A DNA stretch of 64,000 nt from a virus, in the IMG/VR virus record IMGVR_UViG_3300026097_000805, positions 115,648 through 179,647 of that record; one strand, written 5' to 3'. Shown one piece after another: positions 6,983-16,172 of the stretch. Positions within the stretch are counted from its first letter, which is position 1. Each line of letters opens with the position of its first letter. Both the position numbers and the translations under genes were made by a program. A model generated the notes under the pieces. The model did no database searches and was not told the origin of the DNA. It saw only the letters and a list, made by a program, of their open reading frames with translations.

Positions 6983-7577
6983 TCATACCACCTTTAAGTG
7001 TCTTGAACTGAATATCACTTTCGCCTGTTTCAAACTGATCTTCCCAACTATCATCTAGTTTGCTTTCAAACGCAAAAATCATTTCGTCCAGTACCCAGTC
7101 CCAACGTTCAAAGAACTTTTCGTCTGTAGTACCGTCGTACTCGTATTTCCTCGTATCAATCTCGTTAGCTCTCAAAGACTCAGGCACATCTTCCATATCT
7201 ACGTTAGGAGCACCGTGCTTGGTTGCTTTTAGCTGTACAAGCATGGGCAAGATAATGTGTGCAAGTGTTTCATCCATGCTCCAAGTGTCCCAGCGATCAA
7301 TATGCACTTGAATCTTACGCTGCTTCTTTGAGTGTGCCCAGCTTAGGAAACGTGCTAGCAGAGTTTCGTGACGATTACGATCCCACCCATGTATTTCACC
7401 TACTTTAGGATCTGGCTCTACACTACCGTGAGCCAGCCATTCACCAAAGTTGTGTACCCAGTCTGGCTTACGGGGAATGCCATATTCGTCTTCTACTGGC
7501 TTTGCCCAAAAGCAAAGTTTTTCAGCGAGCTGATATGGGCCGATCCAGTTTGTGTATGGTCCTATACGTACTTTCAT
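6858..7577 (-). CDS. Conserved phage hypothetical protein
   Basis: Start revised to MKVRIGPY; WDTWSMD...WDWVLDEMIFAF...GFRLFGKY. Confidence 0.7.
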   Translation of the reverse strand: MKVRIGPYTNWIGPYQLAEKLCFWAKPVEDEYGIPRKPDWVHNFGEWLAHGSVEPDPKVGEIHGWDRNRHETLLARFLSWAHSKKQRKIQVHIDRWDTWSMDETLAHIILPMLVQLKATKHGAPNVDMEDVPESLRANEIDTRKYEYDGTTDEKFFERWDWVLDEMIFAFESKLDDSWEDQFETGESDIQFKTLKGGMSEMVRGPNDTKEYDWEGRKKYQERISNGFRLFGKYYENLWD

Positions 7578-7741
7578 TTCTTGTTCCTTGTTGTACACTT
7601 GCCGCTCATGCACATTGAACAATAGTGCTTGCGGTCTTCATGCTCGAATCCATAAGCTATTATAACATCACATCCGTCACAGAGCAAGGCCCCACGGCCT
7701 CCATTAAATTTAACTTGTGCAACTTTATATTGCTTCGTCAT
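7574..7741 (-). CDS. Small zinc-finger-like protein (55 aa)
   Basis: Manual translation MTKQ...LLCDGCDV...HYCSMCMSGKC; two CxxC; ATGA overlap with next gene. Confidence 0.6.
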   Translation of the reverse strand: MTKQYKVAQVKFNGGRGALLCDGCDVIIAYGFEHEDRKHYCSMCMSGKCTTRNKK

Positions 7742-7949
7742 AATTAACTACCTTGACATTGCGTTCTTTGCCTTCGATGGTAAATGTTCTTGCATACTCT
7801 AATGCATCGTTGATGTCGTCAAACAACACAGGACGCAGGTCCCACATGTCACACGACCCTGTGTCTTCTGTGACAAAGATCCAATCGTCTTTGCCGTCCA
7901 AACATACCATTATCGCCCAAGGTTGATCTGTGTAATCTTCAAGACTCAT
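7725..7949 (-). CDS. Hypothetical protein
   Basis: Start revised to MSLEDY. Confidence 0.6.
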   Translation of the reverse strand: MSLEDYTDQPWAIMVCLDGKDDWIFVTEDTGSCDMWDLRPVLFDDINDALEYARTFTIEGKERNVKVVNYDEAI

Positions 7950-8094
7950 TCCAGGTAAATCCACAAAAATAATCGCCTCTAGGGCATTGTCCGTTATTAA
8001 ATCCAATATCTCGATTCTCGCCGCCACCTAGAAATGCAAATACACCTCCAGTTGCGCCAAACATCAATACCATTCCAATTATTACTTCTTTCAT
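7939..8094 (-). CDS. Small membrane-anchored protein (51 aa)
   Basis: Manual translation MKEVIIGMVLMFGATGG...CPRGDYFC. Confidence 0.55.
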   Translation of the reverse strand: MKEVIIGMVLMFGATGGVFAFLGGGENRDIGFNNGQCPRGDYFCGFTWNES

Positions 8095-8246
8095 ACGCCT
8101 GCCTCTTTTCTCAGTTCTTCTGCTCGTTCCATTAGGAAACTGTACTGCTTGATGTCACCGTTTCGCTGTGCCTTTTGAGCAACTTCCAGTGTTTCCAAAT
8201 ACTTTTTCTTTGCTTTTTCTTTAGGCGATTTAAATAGTCCAAACAT
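8091..8246 (-). CDS. Small basic protein (DUF6435/Lacal_2735-like, 51 aa)
   Basis: MFGLFKSPKEKAKKKY...AQKAQRNGDIKQYS. Confidence 0.6.
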   Translation of the reverse strand: MFGLFKSPKEKAKKKYLETLEVAQKAQRNGDIKQYSFLMERAEELRKEAGV

Positions 8247-8545
8247 TATCCTTCCTTCTCTAAATCCCACTGTACCTTATTAGGTGGTGCTGGAGGAGTT
8301 CTTGACTTCTCCTTGGTGAATACATAAAAAGTAAAGAACAAACAAGTAAGAAGCACGGTGTGTCCAATAATGTTGTATCCAATAAACAGTAGTTCTGCTG
8401 TGTAGATACCAAAGCCGATACACCACATTGCCGCAAGTAGATTGCTTGCTAAGAACTTGTATTCCATAGGACTGTTGCGTAGTCCGTTCTTTGTAGCATC
8501 CAAGATGCCGTAGGCAAAAGTGCCCAAGTTAATCCAACCTCTCAT
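8246..8545 (-). CDS. Membrane protein
   Basis: Two hydrophobic segments. Confidence 0.7.
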   Translation of the reverse strand: MRGWINLGTFAYGILDATKNGLRNSPMEYKFLASNLLAAMWCIGFGIYTAELLFIGYNIIGHTVLLTCLFFTFYVFTKEKSRTPPAPPNKVQWDLEKEG

Positions 8546-9681
8546 TTTAAAATCTCCACGATTCTTTCTGCTAATTGTTTAAACCATTCAGCATCCTTGC
8601 CCCGTGTAGTCTCTGCGGCTGTGCCAATTCTAATACCACTTGTTTCTACAAACGAACGTGGATCATTTGGTACGCCATTCTTGTTTACTGTGATGCCATT
8701 CTCTTCCAATAAGTCTGCGGCTTCACGACCTGAATGTTTACTTTCACTCAAGTCAAGTAATAGTATATGCGAATCCGTGCCTCCTGTCAAGAGTTTAAAG
8801 CCATTATCTACAAATACTCTTGCCATTGCTTGTGCATTGTGTACAACACGACTTGCATAGTCAATAAACTCGTCTGTGTTTGCTTCTGCGAATGCCTGTG
8901 CTTTTGCGGCAACAATGTTCATCAATGGTCCGCCCTGTGTGCCTGGGAAGATTGCTGAGTTTATCTTTTTAGTAAAGAACTCATCGTTCCAAAGAATAAT
9001 GCCGCCGCGAGGCCCACGCAAAGTTTTGTGTGTTGTGCTTGTGACAACATCTGCATAATCACAGGGATTAGGATATGCTTTGCCAGCAATCAAGCCACTG
9101 TAATGTGCCATATCAACCATAAAGATTGCGCCTACTTGATCTGCAATATGACGCATTTCTTCCCAGTCAATGCGGCGTGGATATGCACTTGCCCCTGCAA
9201 TAATCATAGCAGGTTCTACTTCCAGTGCTTGTTTCATAATAGCATCATAGTCTAACCAACCTTCATCGTTTACACCATAACTGTGTGCTTCAAACCATTT
9301 GCCACTTACATTCGCTGGTGATCCGTGTGATAAATGTCCACCACTTGCCAAGTCCATTCCTAGGATTTTATCACCTGGTTGTAAAAATGCTTTGAACACA
9401 GCAAGGTTAGCGTTAGCACCTGAATGCGGTTGAACATTGGCAAATTCACATCCATACAGTTCTTTGAGTTCGTCAATGGCAAGTTGCTCAACCTCATCCA
9501 TGTGCTCGCAACCATTGTAGTATCGCTTGCCTGGATAACCTTCTGCATACTTGTTGGTAAACACACTACCGCACAATTGCATAACTGCTTCACTTGCAAA
9601 GTTTTCACTGGCAATAAGTTCTACTGTTTGATACTGTCTGTCTGTTTCTTTTGCAAGAATGTTATTGATTCTTTGATCCAT
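8542..9681 (-). CDS. glyA: Serine hydroxymethyltransferase
   Basis: ELIASENF, NKYAEGYPGKRYY, TTHKTLRGPRGG (PLP Lys), SGIRIGT; start MDQR. Confidence 0.97.
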   Translation of the reverse strand: MDQRINNILAKETDRQYQTVELIASENFASEAVMQLCGSVFTNKYAEGYPGKRYYNGCEHMDEVEQLAIDELKELYGCEFANVQPHSGANANLAVFKAFLQPGDKILGMDLASGGHLSHGSPANVSGKWFEAHSYGVNDEGWLDYDAIMKQALEVEPAMIIAGASAYPRRIDWEEMRHIADQVGAIFMVDMAHYSGLIAGKAYPNPCDYADVVTSTTHKTLRGPRGGIILWNDEFFTKKINSAIFPGTQGGPLMNIVAAKAQAFAEANTDEFIDYASRVVHNAQAMARVFVDNGFKLLTGGTDSHILLLDLSESKHSGREAADLLEENGITVNKNGVPNDPRSFVETSGIRIGTAAETTRGKDAEWFKQLAERIVEILK

Positions 9682-9931
9682 TGTTTTTCCTTTGTTCATA
9701 GTCGTGCATTAGTACAGTTAGCTCATCTAACTCATTGCCGCTTTGTATTACTTCTGGACACTTCCTTGATATCATGTCTAAATCGTAAGGACGGGGATAA
9801 TGTCGCAGACAACTACGTGCCATGTTTCTAACTTCTCTAGACACTCGCGGTGTCTTCTTAGGATCGCACAAGTCCAACAGAAACTTTTCTGTGTACCGTA
9901 AACTGTTGTAGCGTTCACATGGCAATGTCAT
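9662..9931 (-). CDS. Conserved phage hypothetical protein
   Basis: MTLPCERYNSL...TPRVSREVR...CLRHYP. Confidence 0.7.
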   Translation of the reverse strand: MTLPCERYNSLRYTEKFLLDLCDPKKTPRVSREVRNMARSCLRHYPRPYDLDMISRKCPEVIQSGNELDELTVLMHDYEQRKNNGSKNQ

Positions 9932-10259
9932 ATGATGTATTCCTTGTAGTGTCAAATTTTAGACTCATAAAAGTATAGTCTTTAGGGCGTAAATATCCTG
10001 TGAGGACATATTTAGCAGTATAGCCTGACATATTTTTAATCAGAGCCCATTCATGTTCGCGAGCACGATCCATCACAAACTGTGCCAGTTCTGGATATCT
10101 GATAAAGAATTCTTCTACTGCTCGCCGTTCGTTATTCTTTTTTACTTGATCTATATATGTCTCTGGATCTTCGTTATGAAATATTTCTAGAGGTAGTGAA
10201 ATACTGCGGTACAATATACGCTGTTCATACACTTCATCGTTGATGATTTTACATCTCAT
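9915..10259 (-). CDS. Hypothetical protein
   Basis: ORF in operon. Confidence 0.6.
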   Translation of the reverse strand: MRCKIINDEVYEQRILYRSISLPLEIFHNEDPETYIDQVKKNNERRAVEEFFIRYPELAQFVMDRAREHEWALIKNMSGYTAKYVLTGYLRPKDYTFMSLKFDTTRNTSYDIAM

Positions 10260-10440
10260 TGCTTTTGCTATTCTTCATCCAATCCATAAACAACTTGTAA
10301 GCCTCGCCTGCATCGTCAATGGTCTCGCCTTTGTAATGGAAGCCCTTGTCGTCTAATCGTAGAACTTCTGTTTTGTCTTTGAAAAATCTAAACTCATTTT
10401 TTGGTTCAATGTGAAATGTATATACTTCTTCATTACTCAT
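10249..10440 (-). CDS. Hypothetical protein
   Basis: 63-aa ORF, ATGA overlap. Confidence 0.6.
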   Translation of the reverse strand: MSNEEVYTFHIEPKNEFRFFKDKTEVLRLDDKGFHYKGETIDDAGEAYKLFMDWMKNSKSNEM

Positions 10441-10640
10441 TGTTTATCTCCTGTTCGAGCACAAAAAATTCCCTCACCAACACGACCACATTCAATCTTA
10501 CCTTGCCAATGCTGTGCCGCACCGTAGTTGATGTAGCGTTGTTTGCTATTAAATTCGCCAGCCTTGTAAGAAAGTAAAGCGGCAACTATTACCGCAGGTG
10601 CGGCGATAGCGACAATCTGTAACTTACTAATTGTTTCCAT
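10437..10640 (-). CDS. Small membrane-anchored protein
   Basis: N-terminal TM segment. Confidence 0.6.
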   Translation of the reverse strand: METISKLQIVAIAAPAVIVAALLSYKAGEFNSKQRYINYGAAQHWQGKIECGRVGEGIFCARTGDKQ

Positions 10641-10644
10641 TACT

Positions 10645-11031
10645 TTAAGATAACCCCGCGATTAATTTGTAGTTATTCCACGCCTTTTGTGCCGCAGGAT
10701 TTGTAGCAATTTCTTCTTCTGGAGCAAATGTATCTAACCAGTAGTAGGGCAAGCGTCTAGGATGAGCACCAAACTGTCGTGGCTGATGCAGTTTACCGCC
10801 TTCGTAAAGTTCAACAAGAATGTCTCGCATCGCTTGCTCTTGTTCTTCTAAGCCTGCCCACTCTGGGTTGCTCATGCCACCATAGAGATAGCCTTGCCAA
10901 AGACCGTCCCAGTGACTTTCATTATGCGGGTCTACATCTGTGCGAGCAACGATTACTAGCACATCTTCAATGTCTACCTTTTCCTCTAATATGTCTCGCA
11001 TACAACGTGATAGGCTCAATCCAATTTTCAT
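10645..11031 (-). CDS. Hypothetical protein
   Basis: 128-aa ORF. Confidence 0.7.
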   Translation of the reverse strand: MKIGLSLSRCMRDILEEKVDIEDVLVIVARTDVDPHNESHWDGLWQGYLYGGMSNPEWAGLEEQEQAMRDILVELYEGGKLHQPRQFGAHPRRLPYYWLDTFAPEEEIATNPAAQKAWNNYKLIAGLS

Positions 11032-11330
11032 GACTTCTTCCTTTTGGGATTATTGTTGGCGATAAGGTCCCCCAATCCAGCTTCCTGTGCCATACTACTT
11101 TTGTAGCCATTCTTCAAACTGTTAAGTCTAGAATAGTCTACACCTTTTTTAGTTTCAATGGCTTTTTGTACAGCGAACAATTCGTTGTCACGTTCTTGTC
11201 CGTTGCGTTTTTGCTTTTGCTCTAGTACAATTTCATACAACTTATAAAGTTCTGCATCAGAAAGTTTGCGAATCATTTCGTATGCTTCTTTGTCGTAGTT
11301 GCGTGTATCTACGTGTACTGCTCGTCTCAT
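11028..11330 (-). CDS. Hypothetical protein
   Basis: 100-aa ORF. Confidence 0.65.
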   Translation of the reverse strand: MRRAVHVDTRNYDKEAYEMIRKLSDAELYKLYEIVLEQKQKRNGQERDNELFAVQKAIETKKGVDYSRLNSLKNGYKSSMAQEAGLGDLIANNNPKRKKS

Positions 11331-11821
11331 ACGTCATCTCGTTTGTCAATAAACACTTTTAGTGTGCGATCGTCATCTTGAAGATTATACTTGATCCTTT
11401 CGCCTTGATCTTTGTGTAAGTACTTTACATATGCTCGCCCAGAGTCGTCAATCACTTCAAAGCGAGTCACACCTTTCATACGCTGTAATTCTTCACCGTC
11501 AAAGATAGCATTGTGAATAGCCATATAACCACAGTTCATACCATGCATATACATGCCTGGATCAAAGCCAAACACATCGTACAGTGCCCAACGATACGTG
11601 CCGTTATCTATGCCATCTGCCTGCCATATACGCTTACACACAGCATAAAACGCATCTTCACGTTCTTTCTCAGAGAGTCCATTCCACCAGGCATCATTGT
11701 CTGCTTCATGTTTTTTGCGAGACTTTTCCATTTCTTGCTGTAATTTTGCAAGACCGTCTAGTGCTCGTTCTTGCTTTTCGTGTTCATCTGCCATTTCGTT
11801 AAGATCCACCATCTTGTTCAC
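11327..11821 (-). CDS. Hypothetical protein
   Basis: 164-aa ORF; true start may be MVDLNE. Confidence 0.65.
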   Translation of the reverse strand: MNKMVDLNEMADEHEKQERALDGLAKLQQEMEKSRKKHEADNDAWWNGLSEKEREDAFYAVCKRIWQADGIDNGTYRWALYDVFGFDPGMYMHGMNCGYMAIHNAIFDGEELQRMKGVTRFEVIDDSGRAYVKYLHKDQGERIKYNLQDDDRTLKVFIDKRDDV

Positions 11822-11951
11822 GTTCCTTAAAATATGCAGTTCCTTCTACTACTAGTATGGTCATCCCTGCTACTATAAGAAATACATTGTCGTATGTCCA
11901 GCCTGTAAACAATCCTAAATAACCTACAAGCATACCTGTTGTTCTAGTCAT
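11799..11951 (-). CDS. Small membrane protein (50 aa)
   Basis: Manual translation MTRTTGMLVGYLGLFTGW... Confidence 0.5.
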   Translation of the reverse strand: MTRTTGMLVGYLGLFTGWTYDNVFLIVAGMTILVVEGTAYFKEREQDGGS

Positions 11952-12223
11952 TTGCTTTTACCTACATCAACCCAATCACGAAACTTGTGTGCAAATTCCT
12001 TTGCATGTAAGTCGTGTTCAAAGTAGAAACTGTGACTGTACACATCTGTGTATGTGTCCATGCTCCACTCCCAGCGATTTAGATTTCCTCTACACCAATG
12101 TTTACATTGTACATCCAAATCACTGTGTACGTCAACCTGATAGGAATTGGGCTTCCAACGATTTTTATATTCAAATATTTCTTGCGGTGTCATTTTCATT
12201 AAGTCAGTGAAAGGTCGGTTCAT
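11948..12223 (-). CDS. Hypothetical protein
   Basis: Start revised to MNRPF. Confidence 0.65.
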   Translation of the reverse strand: MNRPFTDLMKMTPQEIFEYKNRWKPNSYQVDVHSDLDVQCKHWCRGNLNRWEWSMDTYTDVYSHSFYFEHDLHAKEFAHKFRDWVDVGKSK

Positions 12224-12416
12224 TATCTTCCTCGTTAGGATCAATACCAAAAAATTCCATACAAATATCTGCAATAGAATCAGGTATTGTTTCTTCGTCT
12301 ACTCCTTCAGGTATCCAAATACCTTTAAGTTTTCCTGTTTTCCCGCATACTATAAATCCGTAATCGGTTTCTTCTAGAGAATCTTCAAAACCAATGTGTA
12401 CTTTATTATTACTCAT
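12204..12416 (-). CDS. Hypothetical acidic protein
   Basis: Start revised to MSNNK. Confidence 0.65.
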   Translation of the reverse strand: MSNNKVHIGFEDSLEETDYGFIVCGKTGKLKGIWIPEGVDEETIPDSIADICMEFFGIDPNEEDNEPTFH

Positions 12417-12491
12417 CGTTCTTCTCCTGTTCTTTAACCCATAGCCATAGCAAAAATAATACTGATATTCCTGCAATCAAAACTAGGTCGT

Positions 12492-12971
12492 TCATACTTG
12501 ACAGTCGCCGCCTGGATAAACGTATTCTTTCTTTTCGCTAATATTCATTAAATCTTCTACGTCCTTGGCAATAAATTTGCCGTTGATAATACGCATTACA
12601 GCATCACATCCTCTGTTAGAGCGAATGTATGCTCGGCCGCCGTCAATCATCTTACCATTATCTAAAACCTTATAGTCGTGATGACTTTGACTGTAATAGT
12701 ACTTACCATCCCATTCTACCATACCAAACTCAAATGACTCCACAATGTCAGCGTTTGTAATCATTGTACAATCTCTGACATGATCCCAGTAAATGCCAAA
12801 GTAGTGATTACCAAACTGTGGGTGCGGAGTAGGTCGATAGAACACATCTACAGGAACATCACTTGCTCGTAGATCTGTAGTGCAGACATACTTTACTTCT
12901 ACACCATCTTTTTCTGTGTAGATTTTTTCTACTTCTTCAGTGTTAAACAAATTCTCGTGTACAATGTTCAT
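12492..12971 (-). CDS. Conserved phage hypothetical protein
   Basis: YSQSHHDY...MIDGGRAY motif. Confidence 0.7.
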   Translation of the reverse strand: MNIVHENLFNTEEVEKIYTEKDGVEVKYVCTTDLRASDVPVDVFYRPTPHPQFGNHYFGIYWDHVRDCTMITNADIVESFEFGMVEWDGKYYYSQSHHDYKVLDNGKMIDGGRAYIRSNRGCDAVMRIINGKFIAKDVEDLMNISEKKEYVYPGGDCQV

Positions 12972-13569
12972 CTTCTTTTACCTTTTTAGCGATGACTTTG
13001 TGAATCCCAGGATTGACCCTGAGTACGTGTGGCATCATCTCATGCCTTATATAGTTTCTAGTATAACAGGTATCTGCATTGCTGTCATCCTCTACATAAG
13101 GTACATTGTGCATTGCTGCCCATAATTCGAAGTCTCTTTTGCGTGTTTGTCTAAACGGACGAAAAATGTCACCTCGAATGTAGGGCACAATTTTTCCTGT
13201 GCCGTGCATGCTTGACCAAATCCAAGTTTCAACACAGTCATCCAAGTGATGACAGGTAATCAAAGGTAGGACTGTGCTTGCAAACATGTCCATCCATTCA
13301 TAACGTGCTTGTCGCCAATAATCTTCTTGACTCATGCCCTTGGGTTTGTGAGGTTTACTAATACCTCTAATATGAAATGACAAGTCGTGTTTGTTCACAT
13401 AACGTCTTACACAATCTTCTGCTTGATCACTGTGTTTTGTGCCATGATTAAAATGAAAAACTTCTACTTCATGTGAACGACGGAGGAAATCCAATGCTGC
13501 CATTGAATCTACTCCGCCACTTACTGCAACTATTACCTGCCGCGGAATTTTTCCTTGTATCTTAATCAT
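12943..13569 (-). CDS. tilS: tRNA(Ile)-lysidine synthetase, compact catalytic-domain form
   Basis: AVSGGVDSM PP-loop, RQARY, TCHHLDD-VET, RPF, DDSN...RNYIRH. Confidence 0.88.
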   Translation of the reverse strand: MIKIQGKIPRQVIVAVSGGVDSMAALDFLRRSHEVEVFHFNHGTKHSDQAEDCVRRYVNKHDLSFHIRGISKPHKPKGMSQEDYWRQARYEWMDMFASTVLPLITCHHLDDCVETWIWSSMHGTGKIVPYIRGDIFRPFRQTRKRDFELWAAMHNVPYVEDDSNADTCYTRNYIRHEMMPHVLRVNPGIHKVIAKKVKEDEHCTREFV

Positions 13570-13768
13570 CTTGCCATTCAGTGTGCTTTAGGATTTCCAT
13601 ATTGTCATCATGGCCACGAGTCTTTAAATACTTCTGTTCGATAAGGCTGTCAATGACTGCTTCTGAAACATTCTTTACTTGTCCTTTGAAGCCCATATAC
13701 CAACCAAAGGCTGTGCCTACTGCATAAGCAAAAAATAACCAACCCAAGTCTGCTGTAAACATTTCCAT
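13562..13768 (-). CDS. Small membrane protein
   Basis: Start MEMFTAD; one TM. Confidence 0.6.
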   Translation of the reverse strand: MEMFTADLGWLFFAYAVGTAFGWYMGFKGQVKNVSEAVIDSLIEQKYLKTRGHDDNMEILKHTEWQDD

Positions 13769-13938
13769 ATTATCCTCCAAAAAACCAAATTGCAACCGCT
13801 ACCGCAAGGATATAAGGTGCAAATTTCCAACCAATCTTAATGCTGCCTGCCAAAATAGCAATTACTACACCTGCACTTACTCCTGCAATTATAAGAGGTT
13901 GTAGTACATCCCATGCAAATTGTAAATCGCCACCCATA

Positions 13939-14190
13939 TCAGTCTCCTTTAATATTACGCATTAGTTCACGGTTTTCCCATTCGACTTTGCGTTTAGCAT
14001 CACGCCACATGTCGCGGATCATATAAACTAGTATAGGCAATGCTATAAACACCAGTGCAACAAGAGCACCGCCTCCTTCATAGATGTTTTTTTCCACGTA
14101 AACTGCTAATGCGACTACACTCCACACATATACAGCAATGCTCACGGGCCATGCTAGATTCTTAAGAAATTGTTTCCATACTCGACTCAT
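13939..14190 (-). CDS. Two-TM membrane protein
   Basis: Hydrophobic hairpin. Confidence 0.65.
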   Translation of the reverse strand: MSRVWKQFLKNLAWPVSIAVYVWSVVALAVYVEKNIYEGGGALVALVFIALPILVYMIRDMWRDAKRKVEWENRELMRNIKGD

Positions 14191-14200
14191 CTCTATCTCC

Positions 14201-15037
14201 TTATACCTTATAGAGTTTTACATAGTTTAAACGTGTTTCATTTGCACTAAAAAATTTATTTTTACTTAGTGCTTTTATTTTAGCTTTAATACGTTTACGA
14301 TCACCTACTGTGTGTTCGAACTTGTTCATAAAACTAACAAGGTTGCCTTCTGTAGTTACTGCTACATAATTGTAGCTTTCCCACTGATTGCTATAACGCT
14401 TATCAAGGATTTTAACAACAGATTCTACTAGGTCTTTTTCCTTGCCTAAGTGCTTACTATCACGGTATTCTACACGGATCTCTTTTTTCAATCCTGTTTC
14501 GTGTTGATCGCGAGTAATAAACTCTGGAGCAAACGCAATGCGGCCTTGGCTTACTACAGCCACTTCGTCCTTGGATAGTTCTTTAACCATGTCAGCTTTG
14601 AAGCCGTCAAGCTCGCCCAATCCCAGCATCACATAACGCTTCATCCACTTGAGTGCTTCTTGTACACTAGCATAATCTGCTTCAGTGGGCTCAAACATTT
14701 CAAAGTCGCTAGGCAAGTACTGTGTATCACGAGTGCCTAGTTTCTTTTCCCAGTAGAAGCGTACAAGACTCTTGTTGTCAAACTGTGTCTTGTTTTCATC
14801 ACAACTGAAGCGACGAGTGTCTTTGATATAGGTATTGCCGTTGATGCGATATGCCGCATATGCTACAGCCAGTGCGTCTGTGAGTGGAACAGTTTTCAAC
14901 GGAATTGTCCTCGCCGTTAGTTTCTGTTCTACAAACTGGGGTTCTTCATCTTGAAGTTCATAAGCAAGTTCGGTTCGTTTAAACTCACGCTTGCTCATGT
15001 TTCCCCAATCAAGTGTGTTTGGATCTGGAAGTGTCAT
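14201..15037 (-). CDS. Hypothetical protein with C-terminal OB-fold-like region
   Basis: Start revised to MTLPD, downstream of promoter 15072-15100. Confidence 0.7.
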   Translation of the reverse strand: MTLPDPNTLDWGNMSKREFKRTELAYELQDEEPQFVEQKLTARTIPLKTVPLTDALAVAYAAYRINGNTYIKDTRRFSCDENKTQFDNKSLVRFYWEKKLGTRDTQYLPSDFEMFEPTEADYASVQEALKWMKRYVMLGLGELDGFKADMVKELSKDEVAVVSQGRIAFAPEFITRDQHETGLKKEIRVEYRDSKHLGKEKDLVESVVKILDKRYSNQWESYNYVAVTTEGNLVSFMNKFEHTVGDRKRIKAKIKALSKNKFFSANETRLNYVKLYKV

Positions 15038-15071
15038 GTGTGCCTCTATGTGTTTGCCTAAGTATGTATAT

Positions 15072-15100
15072 ACTATAGCATCAAGGAACGAACTTGTCAA
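15072..15100 (-). promoter_or_regulatory. Sigma70-type promoter
   Basis: TTGACA-17bp-TATAGT. Confidence 0.75.
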
Positions 15101-15104
15101 CCCT

Positions 15105-16115
15105 TTATTGATCGTCGAATAAAGCATTAATAGGCTTATGCATCTCATTCAATGTATTTTCAATGCGACCTTTTGCAAAATTTAAATAGTTTTGGTCAAT
15201 ATCAGTTCCGATACTTACCATCTCTAACTTAACAGCACTTACAATAGTTGTACCTGTTCCAATAAAAGGATCATATACAACACTACCTTCAGGTATGCCG
15301 CTATATTTAATACACTGTGTAGACAATCCTTCTGGATATGTTGCAGGGTGGCCGCCTCGGCCTTTTTCTCTTGATCCGCTATCATTCTCAGCGCCAGCTT
15401 CTTTTGCTAACTTTGAAGTAGGTGTATATGGAATAAACCAAGCATTGCCTATGCATTTTTTCTTATCAGGATCGTACGGATTCTTCTTCAACATATCGTC
15501 TAGTAATTCTTCAAATTTTCCTATCTGTTCAGGAGTACCGTTTTCTTGTATATCTTTCCAATTTGTAAATCCTAAGCGTCTGCTAGCTTTACGGCGTTGT
15601 GTAGCAATGTGTCGGCTTTCACTGTATAGTTCAGGATACTTGTATCCTTCTCCTTTGTTCCTTTGCCCAATAGCAAGTCGGTCTACTTTAACTTTGCCAT
15701 CTTTAGTAAAATGAAAAATACTTTCTGTTGTAGCACTAGAAAATCTGTCACTGCTAATAGGTTTATACTGCCCGTACCCTTGATCATTTACAGCAATATG
15801 TTTTACCCATGTAAAATTATTCTGTAAAACAAACACGTTTCTAAATACTTGTGCAACATCCATGGCTACCCAAGGATCTATATTAGAATATCCAACATTT
15901 AAAAATAACTGACCATCATCAGTCAATACTCGTTTCATTGCTACTGCAACGTCGTGCAGCCATTTAAGATAACTATCTCTTGGTAAGTCGTCTTCATACT
16001 TACCATATTTAATATCTAAATTATACGGGGGACTAGTTATAATGCAGTCGACTGATTTTTCTGCTTGATTATTCATCCAATCAATGCAGTCTTGTAGATG
16101 TAATGTATATGACAT
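15105..16115 (-). CDS. DNA N4-cytosine/N6-adenine methyltransferase, beta class
   Basis: Motif IV TSPPY precedes motif I DPFIGTGTT; HPATYP. Confidence 0.92.
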   Translation of the reverse strand: MSYTLHLQDCIDWMNNQAEKSVDCIITSPPYNLDIKYGKYEDDLPRDSYLKWLHDVAVAMKRVLTDDGQLFLNVGYSNIDPWVAMDVAQVFRNVFVLQNNFTWVKHIAVNDQGYGQYKPISSDRFSSATTESIFHFTKDGKVKVDRLAIGQRNKGEGYKYPELYSESRHIATQRRKASRRLGFTNWKDIQENGTPEQIGKFEELLDDMLKKNPYDPDKKKCIGNAWFIPYTPTSKLAKEAGAENDSGSREKGRGGHPATYPEGLSTQCIKYSGIPEGSVVYDPFIGTGTTIVSAVKLEMVSIGTDIDQNYLNFAKGRIENTLNEMHKPINALFDDQ

Positions 16116-16172
16116 GTTCGTTCCTTTTTCAGTATACTATCAGGCATTTCCAGCAAGTTGATAGTAATGTAT

